From contig JAQGDQ010000911.1 in assembly GCA_030141605.1 (NCBI GenBank), forward strand, positions 17,117 through 81,116: 64,000 nucleotides of DNA, read 5' to 3'. Under the pieces are notes generated by a model that ran no database searches, was not told the origin of the DNA, and was given only the letters and a program-made list of their open reading frames with translations. The number at the start of each line of letters is the position of its first letter. Positions within the stretch are counted from its first letter, which is position 1. A program made the translations under genes and the position numbers. The stretch comes from Tubiluchus corallicola (taxonomy: Eukaryota > Animalia > Priapulida). Below are positions 25,419-40,800 of this stretch, piece by piece.

Positions 25419-28400
25419 CTGCCAAATAGACCAAAACAATAAACTAGAATAAATTGAAATAATTACATATTATTCATGTACAGCACGTCTTCAAGAGATG
25501 TTCTAGTAAAGCAGGCAGTGTCGTGAAGTTCGTCTCATAATTACTTCGCGTTTGATTAACTTGACTTGTGAATATGACATCGTTTGTCTTCTTGCTCAAC
25601 TCTCTTTCATAATTTTCCTCCTTTTTTAGGCTTGTTATAACATTGAAATAGCTTAAATTTCCCTCTAATCTTACTGTACTTATTTGCTTCTGAATGACCT
25701 TTTACATTAATAGTGTTCTAGTTTTCTGTATTTAAGCTGTGCAGGTCTACCTTGAACATTTAGACCTGTGGGCTAGCCAGGCTAATTGTTCCACTGTGTT
25801 TTAGTATAGTGCTCTTTCAGTATTGATAATTATTATGTTATTTGATTCTGAATGACCTTTTACATTAATAGTGTTCTAGTTTTCTGTATTTAAGCTGTGT
25901 AAGACAGGTCTGCCTTGAACATTTAGACCTGTGGGCTACCCAGGCTATGCTCCGCTCCGCTGTGTTTTAGTATAGTGGTATTTTAGTATTGATAACAATT
26001 ATGTTATTTGATTCTGTGATTGTACCTGCTAGTATATGGTTTCATAAGTGTTTCCAGTGTTAACAATTGTTATTAGTAGATAGAGAATTAGTGATGGATA
26101 TCGATAGTGATACAAGTAACTAAAACACAGGATAATGAAGAAAGTCAAGTAACGGAAGACGCGAATATTATATTAATAGCATTAATGAAAGAAAGACCTT
26201 TTTTATACGATCTAAGACGTAAAAAACATGAGGATAGGAACTTAGCAGAGGACTTTGTTGTGTTTTGTTTGTCTCGGAAGGCTCGTAGAGAAAACCAGAA
26301 AACACTTCGTCAAATTAAACTAGTTTATTAAGCGAGAATTCTACAACACAAAAGTATGAAGGAACGCGAAAGGGTTATGCTAAACGTGAAAATCTGGAAA
26401 ACGTTTAAGTGTATCTGAAAATACGAGTATACAAGAGAATGTGTAAGTGGCGTCCGTGCGAAATCTGCGTGTGTCTGTCAGCGGCCTGCTTTGCCTTATA
26501 TAGGGTGCCAGGGAACATTCTAGACGTTTCTTTCTAGAACATTCTACAAGGTAAGACGATTATTCTAACGGAACATTCTACAATGTTCTATTTAAGTCTA
26601 ATAGATGCCAGCGATCTCCACAACAGACTTGCACTGAAACTGGAAACATAATCGGGATAAGTGGTGAAGGTTATCCAGGATATTGTGAAACCGGAAACAC
26701 GATCGGGATAAGTGGTGAAGGTTATCCTGGATATTGTGAAACTGGAAACACGATCGGGATAAGTGGTGAAGGTTATCCTGGATATTGTGAAACTGGAAAC
26801 ACGATCGGGATAAGTGGGGAAGGTAATCCAGGATATTGTGAAACCGGAAACACGATCGGGATAAGTGGTGAAGGTTATCCTGGATATTGTGAAACTGGAA
26901 ACACGATCGTGATAAGTGGTGAAGGTTATCCTGGATATTGTGAAACTGGAAACACGATCGGGATAAGTGGTGAAGGTTATCCTGGATATTGTGAAACTGG
27001 AAACATGATCGGGATAAGTGGTGAAGGTTATCCTGGATATTGTGAAACTGGAAACACGATCGTGATAAGTGGTGAAGGTTATCCTGGATATTGTGAAACT
27101 GGAAACACAATCGGGATAAGTGGTGAAGGTTATCCTGGATATTGTGAAACTGGAAACACGATCGGGATAAGTGGTGAAGGTTATCCTGGATATTGTGAGA
27201 CTGGAAACACGATCGGGATAAGTGGTGAAGGTTATCCTGGATATTTACAAGCCTATAAATATGTAATACTACAACGTTATAGCGACACGAATAAAAATGC
27301 ACGAATAAAAACGGACTCTGGCAAACGCCTTGCTAGTTACACAGGGCAAGGCACGTATCGCGGATTACGACATGCGCCTTACGGAAGATGGAAGGCGCCT
27401 TATGGCTTGCAGATTACAGCTTTCTTTGTGTGATACTAGCCTAAAAGAATTGTCACTATCGATTTCTAGTAACCCCGGAGCATTCCAGAGTCAAACTGCT
27501 ATTATTTTATGCAGCCACTACCATCTGTTCACTAAACAGATGTCAATGTCAACAGTTTAATGTTGGACAGTATACCTTCTTCAGATGTCATTGTCAACAG
27601 TTTAATGTTGGACAGTATACCTTCTTCAGATGTCAATGTCAACAGTTTAATGCTGGACAGTATACCTTCTTCATTTCTGAATGACTGAGTGCCGTCCCAA
27701 TCATAATAGATTTTCGACAAGCGCGCGAGGCAAACATCTGACGGACTCTAGTTGGTCGACACATCACTCCGGTCGCATCACTCAACATGAATATGAGTTC
27801 ATCTACATCTGTAACGATGAAAAAGTTTATTAAGAGTTGTCGTGAAATCATTGATAACTAGGAAGCATGAAGTCGTAAAATATCCAGTTTCTTTTCCAAA
27901 AGTATAACGGTTATTTTTTAGGCTAGCTACTGTAACAATACCATAGATATGGTTTGTGTAGATCAAAGATCTTGGTGATTGTTTACGCGTGTTCTTCATT
28001 CTAGACTGTCATGCTCCTCTGATCTTCTTTGTTTAAGTTCCTAATTAGTATAATAAATACGACTTTATTATACACGCATTTGTCTGGTTGCTAATATTAT
28101 TGAAGCGTGTAACATGGTGTCAGAAGTGGGATTGTGAAGTGAAAGTGAAGGTTTCCCCTCTTTGAGAACAGCTACTGAAGGTGAAGATTTCCCTTCTTTG
28201 AGAACAGCTACTGAAAGTGAAGGTTTCCCCTCTTTGATAACAGCTACTGAAAGTGAAGGTTTCCCCTCTTTGAGAACAGCTACTGAAAGTGAAGGTTTCC
28301 CTTCTTTGAGAACAGCTACTGAAAGTGAAGGTTTCCCCTCTTTTATAACAGCTACTGAAAGTGAAGGTTTCCCTTCTTGGAGAACTTAGGTTCCTTACTA

Positions 28401-28846
28401 ATTTAACTGTTTAGTACAGGGTAGAATGTTCGAGCATCTTGAAATATTTCTACGAATAGTTCATAATGTGCAGCTAATTGTTGCTGCTCTTTTCATATTT
28501 CTGAGCCAACTGATTTTTAATCCTTAGACAGACTGCCCTGTTATATTAATAAATTATATTTATATTTGTTAATATATGGTTTAGTCTAGTGGTAATGCGT
28601 CTGCTTTCCGTCTGGGAGGTCGTGAGTTCGATAGAGCGGTCGGGTCATACCAAAGACTTTAAAAATGGTACCTGCTGTTGCCCTGCCTGACGCGTGGTAT
28701 TTAGGGTAAAAGTGGGGTAATAATAGTCTCTGTTATGTAGTTGTAGGTTGTTATTTACAGTCGGCTATAATAGCTCTTTGAGCTAATGTTAATTGTTGAC
28801 CCAAAAACCGACTTTAAATAAAGATTATTATTATTATGATTATTAC

Positions 28847-28883
<37 letters not shown>

Positions 28884-31800
28884 GCTATTATTATTATACC
28901 AAGTATTTGTATGTCATTGACTTGTCAGCACCACTGGTGTAAAAGATGTTGTATAAACGGTTGTTTGATACTAAAAATTAGTTTTAAAAATGAATTGATT
29001 ACACAGCTATTTTTTCACTGTAAGCTCTTATTGCAGGGGTGTGCAAATTATCTGACTAGCCGGGCCACATTAAACTTTCCCGCAATTCCTGTGGGCCACA
29101 TGCAGTTTGGTCAAAGAGCCAAGTACAGTAGGACCTGATAACGATTTTTCTGCATCTGATCTGTCACATCATTACTACTGCACTACTACACTCAAGAAAC
29201 TATTTTAGAAGTTATTAAAATTTATATTAAAGACCATCATGTCCGACAGTGACATTAAGTGACAACGGTCTTGTAAGGGTTAATGCCATCTGATCTAGAG
29301 GAAAAATCTACCCGCACTATCTTTGCGACATTGGTGCAGACTTCAGCTGGATCGCGTGGGCCGCACTTTCATTACGTTGACAAACCTCTTCGCGGGCCGC
29401 ACAAGATCTCTTGGCGGGCCGCAAGTGGCCCGCGAGCCGCAATTTGCACACCCCTGTCTTATTGAGTATTTATTTATTATAATGTATTCCAAAAGTAAGA
29501 TTTTAATGAAGCGACTAACTTTAAGTTTGCACACGTAACTGAACCCGAAGAGTTCACTGTGTGGAATCTCAGGTAGTGAATTATACTGAATTCTACAATA
29601 TGCCTGATCAATATGAAGCTTGGATTACAATATGAAGTATCACAAAGAGACCGAAGCCATCACACTGTCAAACAGACCTTCCTTTCCAAATGTCCAATAA
29701 CCACTGATAGGTGTCGCCACTAATCGTGCTCTTTTGCCGGCTGGTCTGTCTTCGTCAACGTCGATGTCGAAACCGTTTCGGTGAAATATTTCCAAATTAT
29801 CCATTAAGATGCACTCATTAGCTACTGTCAGCTCAAGGTTCTTCGGACTAGAAAGAAAACAAGTAGGTATAGCTGCCCTTTCATTCCACAGAAACTCCCG
29901 TGTTTAATTTTAAAATCCAACTTTAAAAAACTTGCACTGATTTCAACATCACATCATTAGCTATTGATGTTATGTTCCTCATCACATCATTAGCTATTGA
30001 TGTTATGTTCCTCATCACATCATTAGCTATTGATGTTATGTTCCTCATCGCATCATTAGCTATTGATGTTATGTTCCTCATCACATCATTAGCTATTGAT
30101 GTTATGTTCCTCATCACATCATTAGCTATTGATGTTATGTTCCTCATCACATCATTAGCTATTGATGTTGTGTTCCTCATCACATCATTAGCTATTGATG
30201 TTGTGTTCCTCATCACATCATTAGCTATTGATGTTGTGTTCCTCATCACATCATTAGCTATTGATGTTATGTTCCTCATCACATCATTAGCTATTGATGT
30301 TATGTTCCTCATCACATCATTAGCTATTGATGTTCGCATCATTAGCTATTGATGTTATGTTCCTCATCGCGTCATTAGCTATTGATGTTATGTTCCTCAT
30401 CGCGTCATTAGCTATTGATGTTATGTTCCTCATCGCGTCATTAGCTATTGATGTTATGTTCCTCATCGCTTCATTAGCTATTGATGTTATGTTCCTCATC
30501 ACATCATTAGCTATTGATGTTATGTTCCTCATCGCATCATTAGCTATTGATGTCATGTTCCTCATCACATCATTAGCTATTGATGTCGTGTTCTCCATCA
30601 CATCATTAGCTATTGATGTTATGTTCCTCATCACATCATTAGCTATTGATGTTATGTTCCTCATCGCATCATTAGCTATTGATGTTATGTTCCTCATCGC
30701 ATTATTAGATGTTGATGTTACGTTCCTCATCACATCATTAGCTATTGATGTTATGTTCCTCATCACATCATTAGCTATTGATGTTATGTTCCTCATCGCG
30801 TCATTAGCTATTGATGTTATGTTCCTCATCGCATCATTAGCTATTGATGTCATGTTCCTCATCGCGTCATTAGCTATTGATGTTATGTTCCTCATCACAT
30901 CATTAGCTATTGATGTCGTGTTCTCCATCACATCATTAGCTATTGATGTTATGTTCCCATCACATCATTAGCTATTGATGTTATGTTCCTCATCGCGTCA
31001 TTAGCTATTGATGTTATGTTCCTCATCGCATCATTAGCTATTGATGTCATGTTCCTCATCACATCATTAGCTATTGATGTCGTGTTCTCCATCACATCAT
31101 TAGCTATTGATGTTATGTTCCTCATCACATCATTAGCTATTGATGTTATGTTCCTCATCGCATCATTAGCTATTGATGTTATGTTCCTCATCGCATTATT
31201 AGATGTTGATGTTACGTTCCTCATCACATCATTAGCTATTGATGTTATGTTCCTCATCACATCATTAGCTATTGATGTTATGTTCCTCATCGCGTCATTA
31301 GCTATTGATGTTATGTTCCTCATCGCATCATTAGCTATTGATGTCATGTTCCTCATCACATCATTAGCTATTGATGTCGTGTTCTCAATCACATCATTAG
31401 CTATTGATGTTATGTTCCTCATCACATCATTAGCTATTGATGTTATGTTCCTCATCGCATCATTAGCTATTGATGTTATGTTCCTCATCGCATTATTAGA
31501 TGTTGATGTTACGTTCCTCATCACATCATTAGCTATTGATGTTATGTTCCTCATCACATCATTAGCTATTGATGTTATGTTCCTCATCGCGTCATTAGCT
31601 ATTGATGTTATGTTCCTCATCGCGTCATTAGCTATTGATGTTATGTTCCTCATCGCATCATTAGCTATTGATGTCATGTTCCTCATCACATCATTAGCTA
31701 TTGATGTCGTGTTCTCCATCACATCATTAGCTATTGATGTTATGTTCCTCATCGCATCATTAGCTATTGATGTTATGTTCCTCATCGCATTATTAGATGT

Positions 31801-34800
31801 TGATGTTATGTTCCTCATCACATCATTAGCTATTGATGTTATGTTCCTCATCACATCATTAGCTATTGATGTTATGTTCTCCATCACATCATTAGCTATT
31901 GATGTTATGTTCCTCATCGCATCATTAGCTATTGATGTGATGTTCCTCATCGCATCATTAGCTATTGATGTCATGTTCCTCATCACATCATTAGCTATTG
32001 ATGTCATGTTCCTCATCGCATCATTAGCTATTGATGTTATGTTCCTCATCGCATTATTAGATGTTGATGTTATGTTCCTCATCGCATCATTAGCTATTGA
32101 TGTTATGTTCCTCATCACATCATTAGCTATTGATGTTATGTTCTCCATCACATCATTAGCTATTGATGTTATGTTCCTCATCGCATCATTAGCTATTGAT
32201 GTGATGTTCCTCATCGCATCATTAGCTATTGATGTCATGTTCCTCATCACATCATTAGCTATTGATGTCATGTTCCTCATCGCATCATTAGATGTTGATG
32301 TTACGTTCCTCATCACATCATTAGCTATTGATGTTACGTTCCTCATCACATCATTAGCTATTGATGTTATGTTCCTCATCGCGTCATTAGCTATTGATGT
32401 TATGTTCCTCATCGCATCATTAGCTATTGATGTCATGTTCCTCATCACATCATTAGCTATTGATGTCGTGTTCTCCATCACATCATTAGCTATTGATGTC
32501 GTGTTCTCCATCACATCATTAGCTATTGATGTTATGTTCCTCATCACATCATTAGCTATTGATGTTATGTTCCTCATCGCATCATTAGCTATTGATGTTA
32601 TGTTCTTCATCGCATTATTAGATGTTGATGTTACGTTCCTCATCACATCATTAGCTATTGATGTTATGTTCCTCATCACATCATTAGCTATTGATGTTAT
32701 GTTCCTCATCGCGTCATTAGCTATTGATGTTATGTTCCTCATCGCATCATTAGCTATTGATGTTATGTTCCTCATCGCATCATTAGCTATTGATGTTATG
32801 TTCCTCATCACATCATTAGCTATTGATGTTATGTTCCTCATCGCGTCATTAGCTATTGATGTTATGTTCCTCATCGCATCATTAGCTATTGATGTTATGT
32901 TCCTCATCGCATCATTAGCTATTGATGTTATGTTCCTCATCGCATCATTAGCTATTGATGTCATGTTCCTCATCACATCATTAGCTATTGATGTCGTGTT
33001 CTCCATCACATCATTAGCTATTGATGTTATGTTCCTCATCACATCATTAGCTATTGATGTTATGTTCTCCATCACATCATTAGCTATTGATGTTATGTTC
33101 CTCATCGCATCATTAGCTATTGATGTTATGTTCCTCATCGCATCATTAGCTATTGATGTCATGTTCCTCATCACATCATTAGCTATTGATGTTATGTTCC
33201 TCATCGCATCATTAGATGTTGATGTTATGTTCCTCATCACATCGTTAGCTATTGATGTTATGTTCCTCATCACATCATTAGCTATTGATGTTATGTTCCT
33301 CAGACAAGAGACTGACTTCCTAATTAACATAAACACGAGTGATGATCAGAAATTAAAGTTGTTAATGAAGTACCACTTTAAGCAACACCTCTTGCCATGT
33401 CTAATGTCACAAGTCGTTTAAATTCAAAGATTGCACCTCTTGTCTTCAAAGCTTATTAAAGCAGATCATGAATGTCTTATGCGACACGAATACAGTCAAC
33501 CTCGGGTATATGGACACTCGTTTATAATGGACCACCGACACCGGTCCCGATTTTTCGTAACGTTTTCCCTATGTAAAAATTTTCGTATATAAGATACACG
33601 GCTATAAGGAATGATATCTTCAGGTCCGGCATAATAGAAACCCAGGTAAATTACTTCGTGTATAATGAACCCTGTGATCAAAGCGAAATTGATCGATTTT
33701 TAACCTCAATTTTCCGCAAACTCGGCCTTCGAACAGCTCAGTTTCCGGGATCACATACATCTCGCATCACTGAAGGAGCTTCCTACATACCGTTTGCACT
33801 GAATGTGTAGCAATAATCCATAAAAATATGGGTAAAAGTATAGAAAAGTACAGGTCTAGATACACCCTCGGTCTAACTCAACTTCAGCTATAAGGGACAT
33901 CGGATATAAGGGACAGTTTTTTCCGGTCCCCAGGTGTCCCTTATATCCGAGGTTGACTGTAACTTCACATCAAATGTTTAGCTAAGAACAAATAGGAGCT
34001 TGGCCTGTATCTACCTGCCTCAAACTCTCAGTATCAAAAATATTGCAGCACTTTGTACGCCTACAGTAACTAAACGACATTGTTGTTTTGGAAAAATACC
34101 TGATTAGTTTTTGGCTTTTGATGCAGGTATGTCTCTGCAGCTGCTCAAAATTGTATTTTTCATCAGATGCGTGTTGATCCACAATAAAAAGTTCCTGGTC
34201 CAGCTTTGCTACGATGAACCCTAGATTGAACTACAAAGATATCCAAATGTGAAAAATTGTGTGAATGGACCTTAAAGGGAACAACGGGGAATAGATCAGC
34301 GACCACGGAATGCTTTTAGTGACTAAAATTTAAAGGAAAACCGGATGATTGTTTAGACTCAATCTCATTTTAATTTACTGTCCAAAATATACATTTTCTT
34401 GTCTATAATAGTTGGCAATTGTTTCTTATATTTGAGTAATTAGCTTAGAAAATTAATTAAAGGCAACCGAACACAGCTATTGCTTACGTCAGAAACTAAC
34501 CACAGTTTGTGCAATGGCAGGCGTCTTCCCTTGTGCATCAAGCATATTTGCATAATGGTTACAGTACAGTTTAAACGCGTGATGTCACAAAAAATGGGCT
34601 TTACATCCTAAGACGTCAGAAACTAACACTACAGTTCATGATCATGCTTATTACGGTACCACCTTCTATTTGTCGGCCACGCCGCTGCCAATCTTAATGG
34701 ATTCACTGAGCCGCGAGTAGCTTTGAAAGTTTAACGAAATTTGACTATCCGAGGTAATTATTGTTTAATCTAAGCTTTGATTTAAAAAAAGCTATTGCAG

Positions 34801-37800
34801 TTTTCAATATTTTCTTTATTCTGAACTAATGTTTAGATAATCATCCGGTTTTCCTTTAATGCATTGATACAAAAAATCGAAAAGGTAAGATTTAGTACGA
34901 GTTATGCTTCTTTTTATACTTTGCAAAAGCCATTTTTCGCATTCTGTATAAATCCTATTTATTAAACAAACCGTCTAGGTAAAGTGCTTGAAAATGTCGT
35001 AGCAAAAACGTTTATTTCACATTTATCCGGAAATGCATAGGTATAATTTGAATGCCTAGAAATTTCGTAGATTGTCTAAATTTTACATATTGTTTGTAAC
35101 ATATGCAGTATATTTATATAAGGCCAGAGCATCTGTAAATGCTGTACAGTTTGACAGGAGGAAGCGCACGAACACGAAGCTTTATCACTACGTCCAATTT
35201 GTTGCGGGAAAGCATTGGAATCACTTTGACCCAATAGGAAACCACAACAAATTCATTCTTTATTCTGAACTAATGTTTACACAATTATCCGGTTTTCATT
35301 TAATGGAATCAAAATGTCGCAATTAATTTTTTTTAGAATTCTGTTAATATAGTCAACCCTCGTTAAACCGGACTAATTGGGGGTGGGGGGGTGTATGGTC
35401 CGGTTATCCGATATGCCTATATATGGTCATATTATACAGAAATAATCACCTTAATAAGGCCTATATACATTGTACTATATACTGTGCGCTATATACTATA
35501 CTGTATATTACATTGCACTATATACTGTGCGCTATATACTATACTGTATATTACTTTAAAATAGTTAACCTGTGAGGATAAAGAAATTATTGTACAGTTG
35601 GTAGGCCGTGTCGTGTTTAGCGCTCGGGCTCGGTCGTAAATCGGTCAGTTTCCTTTACCACGGATGACGTCCGTCTTATCCGATATCCGGGCTAACGGGG
35701 TCCGGTTTAACGAGGTTCGACTGTACTCCTCATATCAAACTCGATATGAAAGTTTACTTGCACATTTGCATTATCAATTATTCATAAATACACTCAATTA
35801 AGTACTTTGGAAATGTATGCGCACTTGATGTATAAAAAACAACGTATCGCGTACGTTGCAGACCTAGTCATTTTCAAGTGCACTCACATCCTACATATTA
35901 AACACTTACTTGTCCTATAACTTGCATCTTCTGAAAACTGTCCTGTGATAACTGACGAGTTAACTCACTCTCGGCGGTACTGTTATCAGACGGCGCAATT
36001 TTTGCGCGAAAATTTCTAACCAATGACCGCCGCTGCGATGAAACTCTGTGATGACTTTTCCTTTCACTCATTTTTTGTCTCAGTTCATCCATTGAAAACG
36101 AAACCACTTTCACTCTACAATACAAAATAAAGTAACTAGTGATCCATGTCACAAAATAAAGTATCTAGTGATCCATGTCACAAAATAAAACATCTAGTGA
36201 TCCATGTCACAAAATAAAGTATCTAGTGATCCATGTCACAAAATAAAACATCTAGTGATCGATGTCGGTGTGTTTTCAATCGTAGCTGGTCTGTTCACAA
36301 TGTGCCGGAAATACCAGTGCAGGTGGTAGTGATGGGGAGGGGGGGAGGGGGGGGTGGCGAGGGGGAGCGTCTGTACCAGAAAGCGAATTCGAATCGAGTC
36401 GAATTTGTGATTTTTGAACTGCAAATAAATTGAATTTTGAGGTTTTTTGAAATCAGTTTTAAAGATTTTCAAACCACTAATAAAACATCACGCGTATCAC
36501 TTTATTTTCTTCCGCAGTAAAAATACTAATAATTTGCTAAATTGTGCGATGAAATCACAGCTAAATTGTGTTGATTGTACGATGTTTCAAACGTTTTAAT
36601 GATAAAGAATGTGTGCAGTTTGAAGTACTGAATTATTCGAATCTATAATTTTACGTTTGAATCGAATAAGAACTGAAAAAAGCTTGTTCAAACTCGAACG
36701 TTCGATGCCCACCCCTAATGGCGATACAGTGATATCGACGCACACAGTCAAATAATGCAGAGTAAATTTCTATCACTGCAATCTTCAGTTTGACAGTGTT
36801 AATGAAACTGAACTCCAAGAGACTGTAAGTTAACAAACTGTTAATTCTTCGCAGGGGCGTATTAACCAACAGTCTAACTACGCTATAGCCTAGGGTGCCA
36901 AAGTTTGAGGGGCGTCACATTTTAGAAGAAAATCTTGTTCTCCTCGGAAAATGTGTATACTTTCATATTCATGTAAAGGGCGCATTTTATAACACACCAC
37001 AGGCAGTTACTAACCGCAACTTTTATATAAATGCCACATGACGAACAGGTGCAAGGTATAACACAACAAGCAGTTACACAGCCTGCTTGAATATAAGCGC
37101 TATACAAATACATGTAATTAATAATGACCAAGTAGAAACTAGGTTAATAGTGTTTCTAACCACAAGTAATTGTTTAACCTGCTCATTACATAAGCAACCA
37201 TAAGTTCACAATACAGATAGGCGGGACAGGACCATCAGTCCAGGGCGTCGTACAGGCTTGCGCTCCCCGGATCCTTCCAAAAATAGCCAGCACAAAGTGT
37301 TCCCATTTAACACTCTCCACAAGCTGATTGATGTGACAATAGTTTAACAGATTGCTTTGCATTTCAACAGATAGTTTCGCAAGACTTCAAATTTTTTTAG
37401 CCTCTCTACTACTTGCAAATTCTAAAACATTTTTGCTTTATTTGAAATTAAAAGGAGAATACATAAGTACAGTATAGCCTCCCAATTTTTCATAGGGACA
37501 TCATATTCAAGAGTTTATTCATTTCGACATTGCATCTTACAATTATCATTAAAATACAGATAATTATCCATTTAAGTAAATATAAATATAAATAAATGCA
37601 GTATTATCGAGAAATTACAAAATGCAGCATATACATATGAAAATTACATTACAGAATAATTTTGATGCATACAGTTTGCGCCTAAAAGCATAGTTTGACA
37701 GGCCAAACTGTATGTGGAAGTCTTAAAAAAAAGATTAATAATTGAAATAATGAATAATGATAATATATACATAAAAGTGGGGGGCGGGGGGAGCAGTGAA

Positions 37801-40800
37801 TGAAAGATGAAATTATTTTAAATTATTACTAGATTACTTGCTTAGCTATTAATGTGTGAACACTTCCGCCACCCGCAGAAAATAGTCAATCAAAACCCAA
37901 TATCCGGAATGTGAACAGGTGAAAAACTATTAGGTTATATAGTTACGAATGGCATACCAATCATTGCAGTCTACATTTCAATGCAGAAAATCATACCTCT
38001 TTTGGCAACTAGAGTCAGAAGCCGCGTCAACAGTGAATTCATCAGGATCTTTTACTGCATTATCACTAACTGCGCAAAGATCGGTTGCAATAGAACAGAC
38101 GGTACCAGTTTCTTTAAATGCCGAGTTATTTGTATTTTTAATTTCACTTTCCGTCTGCATTGTTTGCGACTCGTTGTCAGATACACTTCCACAATCTTGG
38201 ATACAAGGCGTCGTTTCGCGACGATCGAAAGAACTTCTGAAACGACCGAGCAAACGTTTTGGCGGAGAGTTTTCCAAATGACTAAACTTATTTAAACGGT
38301 CTTTAACTTTGATATCTTTACATACTCTATTGTGAGTTGTAGATTCTACCGATGACGACCGTCCAAACGTTTCACTTGGAGAACAATGCACCGAATTCTC
38401 ACACTCAGTTGTTAAACATTCATTATCATTACTAAATACTTCTGTTTGCATGCTATCACTCTTTACATCACACACATAATTACTATCCACACGGGCACTT
38501 TCTGTCACAGAAGTATGATCGCCATCACCACCAGGCCCAACCACATGATTGGAATGGCATGTTACACTACTGGGATAACTATGAATGGTTTTGGCCGCAT
38601 TGTCTCCAGCTGATTTGTCATTGTTTTTATGGCCCACGGCGGGACAGCATTCTAAAGACACGTATTCCATAAATTCTCGCGAGTCCTCTGTCTCAGGTTC
38701 ATGAGTGTCTAGTAATTTTTGCGACACAGAAACCGGATTATCTCCTGAGCTGTTTGCAGTGTCATCTTCAAGTGATGAGTTAATGTCGTTATCCTCACTG
38801 TCATTTAATGATTGCGAAACAGACGGTTCTTCCGGTGAAATCCCCATTTCCTCCGATGTTTCAAAGAATGCGTCAATCTTTCTCTGTTTTGATGTTTGCT
38901 TTTCGTTGTTCTGACTGCTTGACTGCCACTGACTAAAAGAGCGTTTAAAACCAGAAAGAGAAGGTAACCTCTTTTGTTCATTTGGGCTGTTTACGTCACC
39001 TTTAGGATCCTAAAATAATAAGAACAACTAGAATAATAAAATTTTATGCCAATATTATCGTAGCATAGAGACAGATTTTGTGTTCAAAATAATATGCAGT
39101 GGCTGCCGCTTAATAGACTCACGGTTAATAGACTCAATCGCTTAATTGACCCAGAAACACCTGGTACGGGCCGCTTCTATTCAAATGTACATAAAACTGT
39201 CTGTTATTGACTCTAATAATTCCGCATAATTGACTCAATATTTTCACTTCACATGTTTCAATAAGACACTTTCGTGCGACTAATAAGCTTTTATGACTTT
39301 TATATCATCTTAGTTCGCTTTTGTCCTATAATATACATAGAAATAATTATATTAAGTACCGTTTTGTTTGTAAGCAGGAACGTTTATCATTGGCTAATGT
39401 ACTAGCCTAATGGTTTTGCTTTGACCCGCCCGTCCACTGCAATTAACCATTTTAACCAAGAATTCCTGGAAGCTAATCATTCAATCACTTGCTTAGCAGT
39501 TTGCTTTTGAAGTTCTGACCATCTTTGCCAGAAAGTTTAATCAGTTAGATGTTGCTGTTACGCCAGGGACACAGGTACAGTACAGTAAGTACGTCACAAT
39601 AGCAAGCGGCAGCTTAGGCAAAACTACAGACAAAGTTACTTGCAGGGAAACATGGGCTCCACTAACAGTTTAAGCACGCCAAGCAATAAGTATCTTACAA
39701 GAATTTATGCAACATACAAAAACAATAAACTTGTGTGATTTAGAAAAGCATACTTTTTAATTTATTGCTAATTCACTTATATAAATTAATATTTTAAAAT
39801 ATTTTTTCTAACTTTTAACTGCACAAAGGAATTTAGGCATCACTTCGTTTCAAAAATTCACTAAAAAACCTTTGCAGTGCATAGGAAGCTGATGACTCAT
39901 ACTATACCAGCGATTTTTTTTCAATTCAATAGATTTATTTCGCAAAAAGCATATACATTACATGTGCATCGATAATCAGTGTTTAGTAATACAAAATTAT
40001 GATACAATTCATGAATTCTGCGCTAGAGACCTAAGAAGCTTATGCTAAGCCACTACAATTAGTTACGAGAAAAATTACAATATATTGCTAATGGTAAGTG
40101 TAAGTTACAATACTACACCTATCGGTTAATGGGTTCAGTTGGCTAATTGGGTCGAGACACTTCGGTCCCAAAGTGAGTCTAATTAAGCGGCGCCTATTGT
40201 ATCTTTAAGAGTATTAATCAGTTTTAGTTCCATGAGCAGTCAAACCTTTCTATGTATGTCTATCAAATAAGATTTTTCTACATACAGTCGACCCTCGTTA
40301 AACCGGACCCCGTTAGCCCGGATATCGGAGAAGACGGATGTCATCCGTGGTAAAGGAAACTGACCGATTTCCGACTGAGCCGGAGCGCTAAACACAACAC
40401 GGCCTATCAACTGTACAACAATTTCTTTATCCTCACAGGTTAACTATTTTAAAGTAATATACAGTATAGTATATAGTGCAATGTATATAGGCCTTATTAA
40501 GGTGATTATTCCTGTATAATATAGACCATATGTAGGCATATCGGATAAATCGGACAATCGGTTAAACCGGACCCCCCCCCAAATTAGTCCGGTTTAACGA
40601 GGGTTGACTGTATATGATAAAGCTCAAACAAATTATTACCATTTTCAGCAGTCGTTACATTAAACTAAATATCAAAAATTAATTAAATAAGACATTTCAC
40701 GACACATTCAAACGTTCAAGTAAGGAATACCTGATTATACCTGAGAATTAACTGTTTGCACAGGATGAATGTTAGCAGAAAGATGATAAGCTCTGGATTG

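Noticed and set aside
25689-26017. ~160-bp tandem duplication in the last PMS2 intron
   Set aside because: Real but ordinary; no coding or structural signal seen.
23805-27243. Regular repeat arrays that might look like CRISPR
   Set aside because: Units are contiguous with no unique spacers, there are no cas genes, and the context is eukaryotic.
28579-28650. tRNA gene
   Set aside because: It has A and B boxes but no complete cloverleaf, and it continues into a SINE body and tail present in multiple copies.
29923-33421. ORFs of up to 812 aa on both strands
   Set aside because: By-product of a 33-bp satellite inside a PMS2 intron; frameshifted, with no unique domain.
37978-38847. Stand-alone 289-aa acidic protein
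   Set aside because: It is part of the large PMS2 linker exon; splice phases match on both sides.
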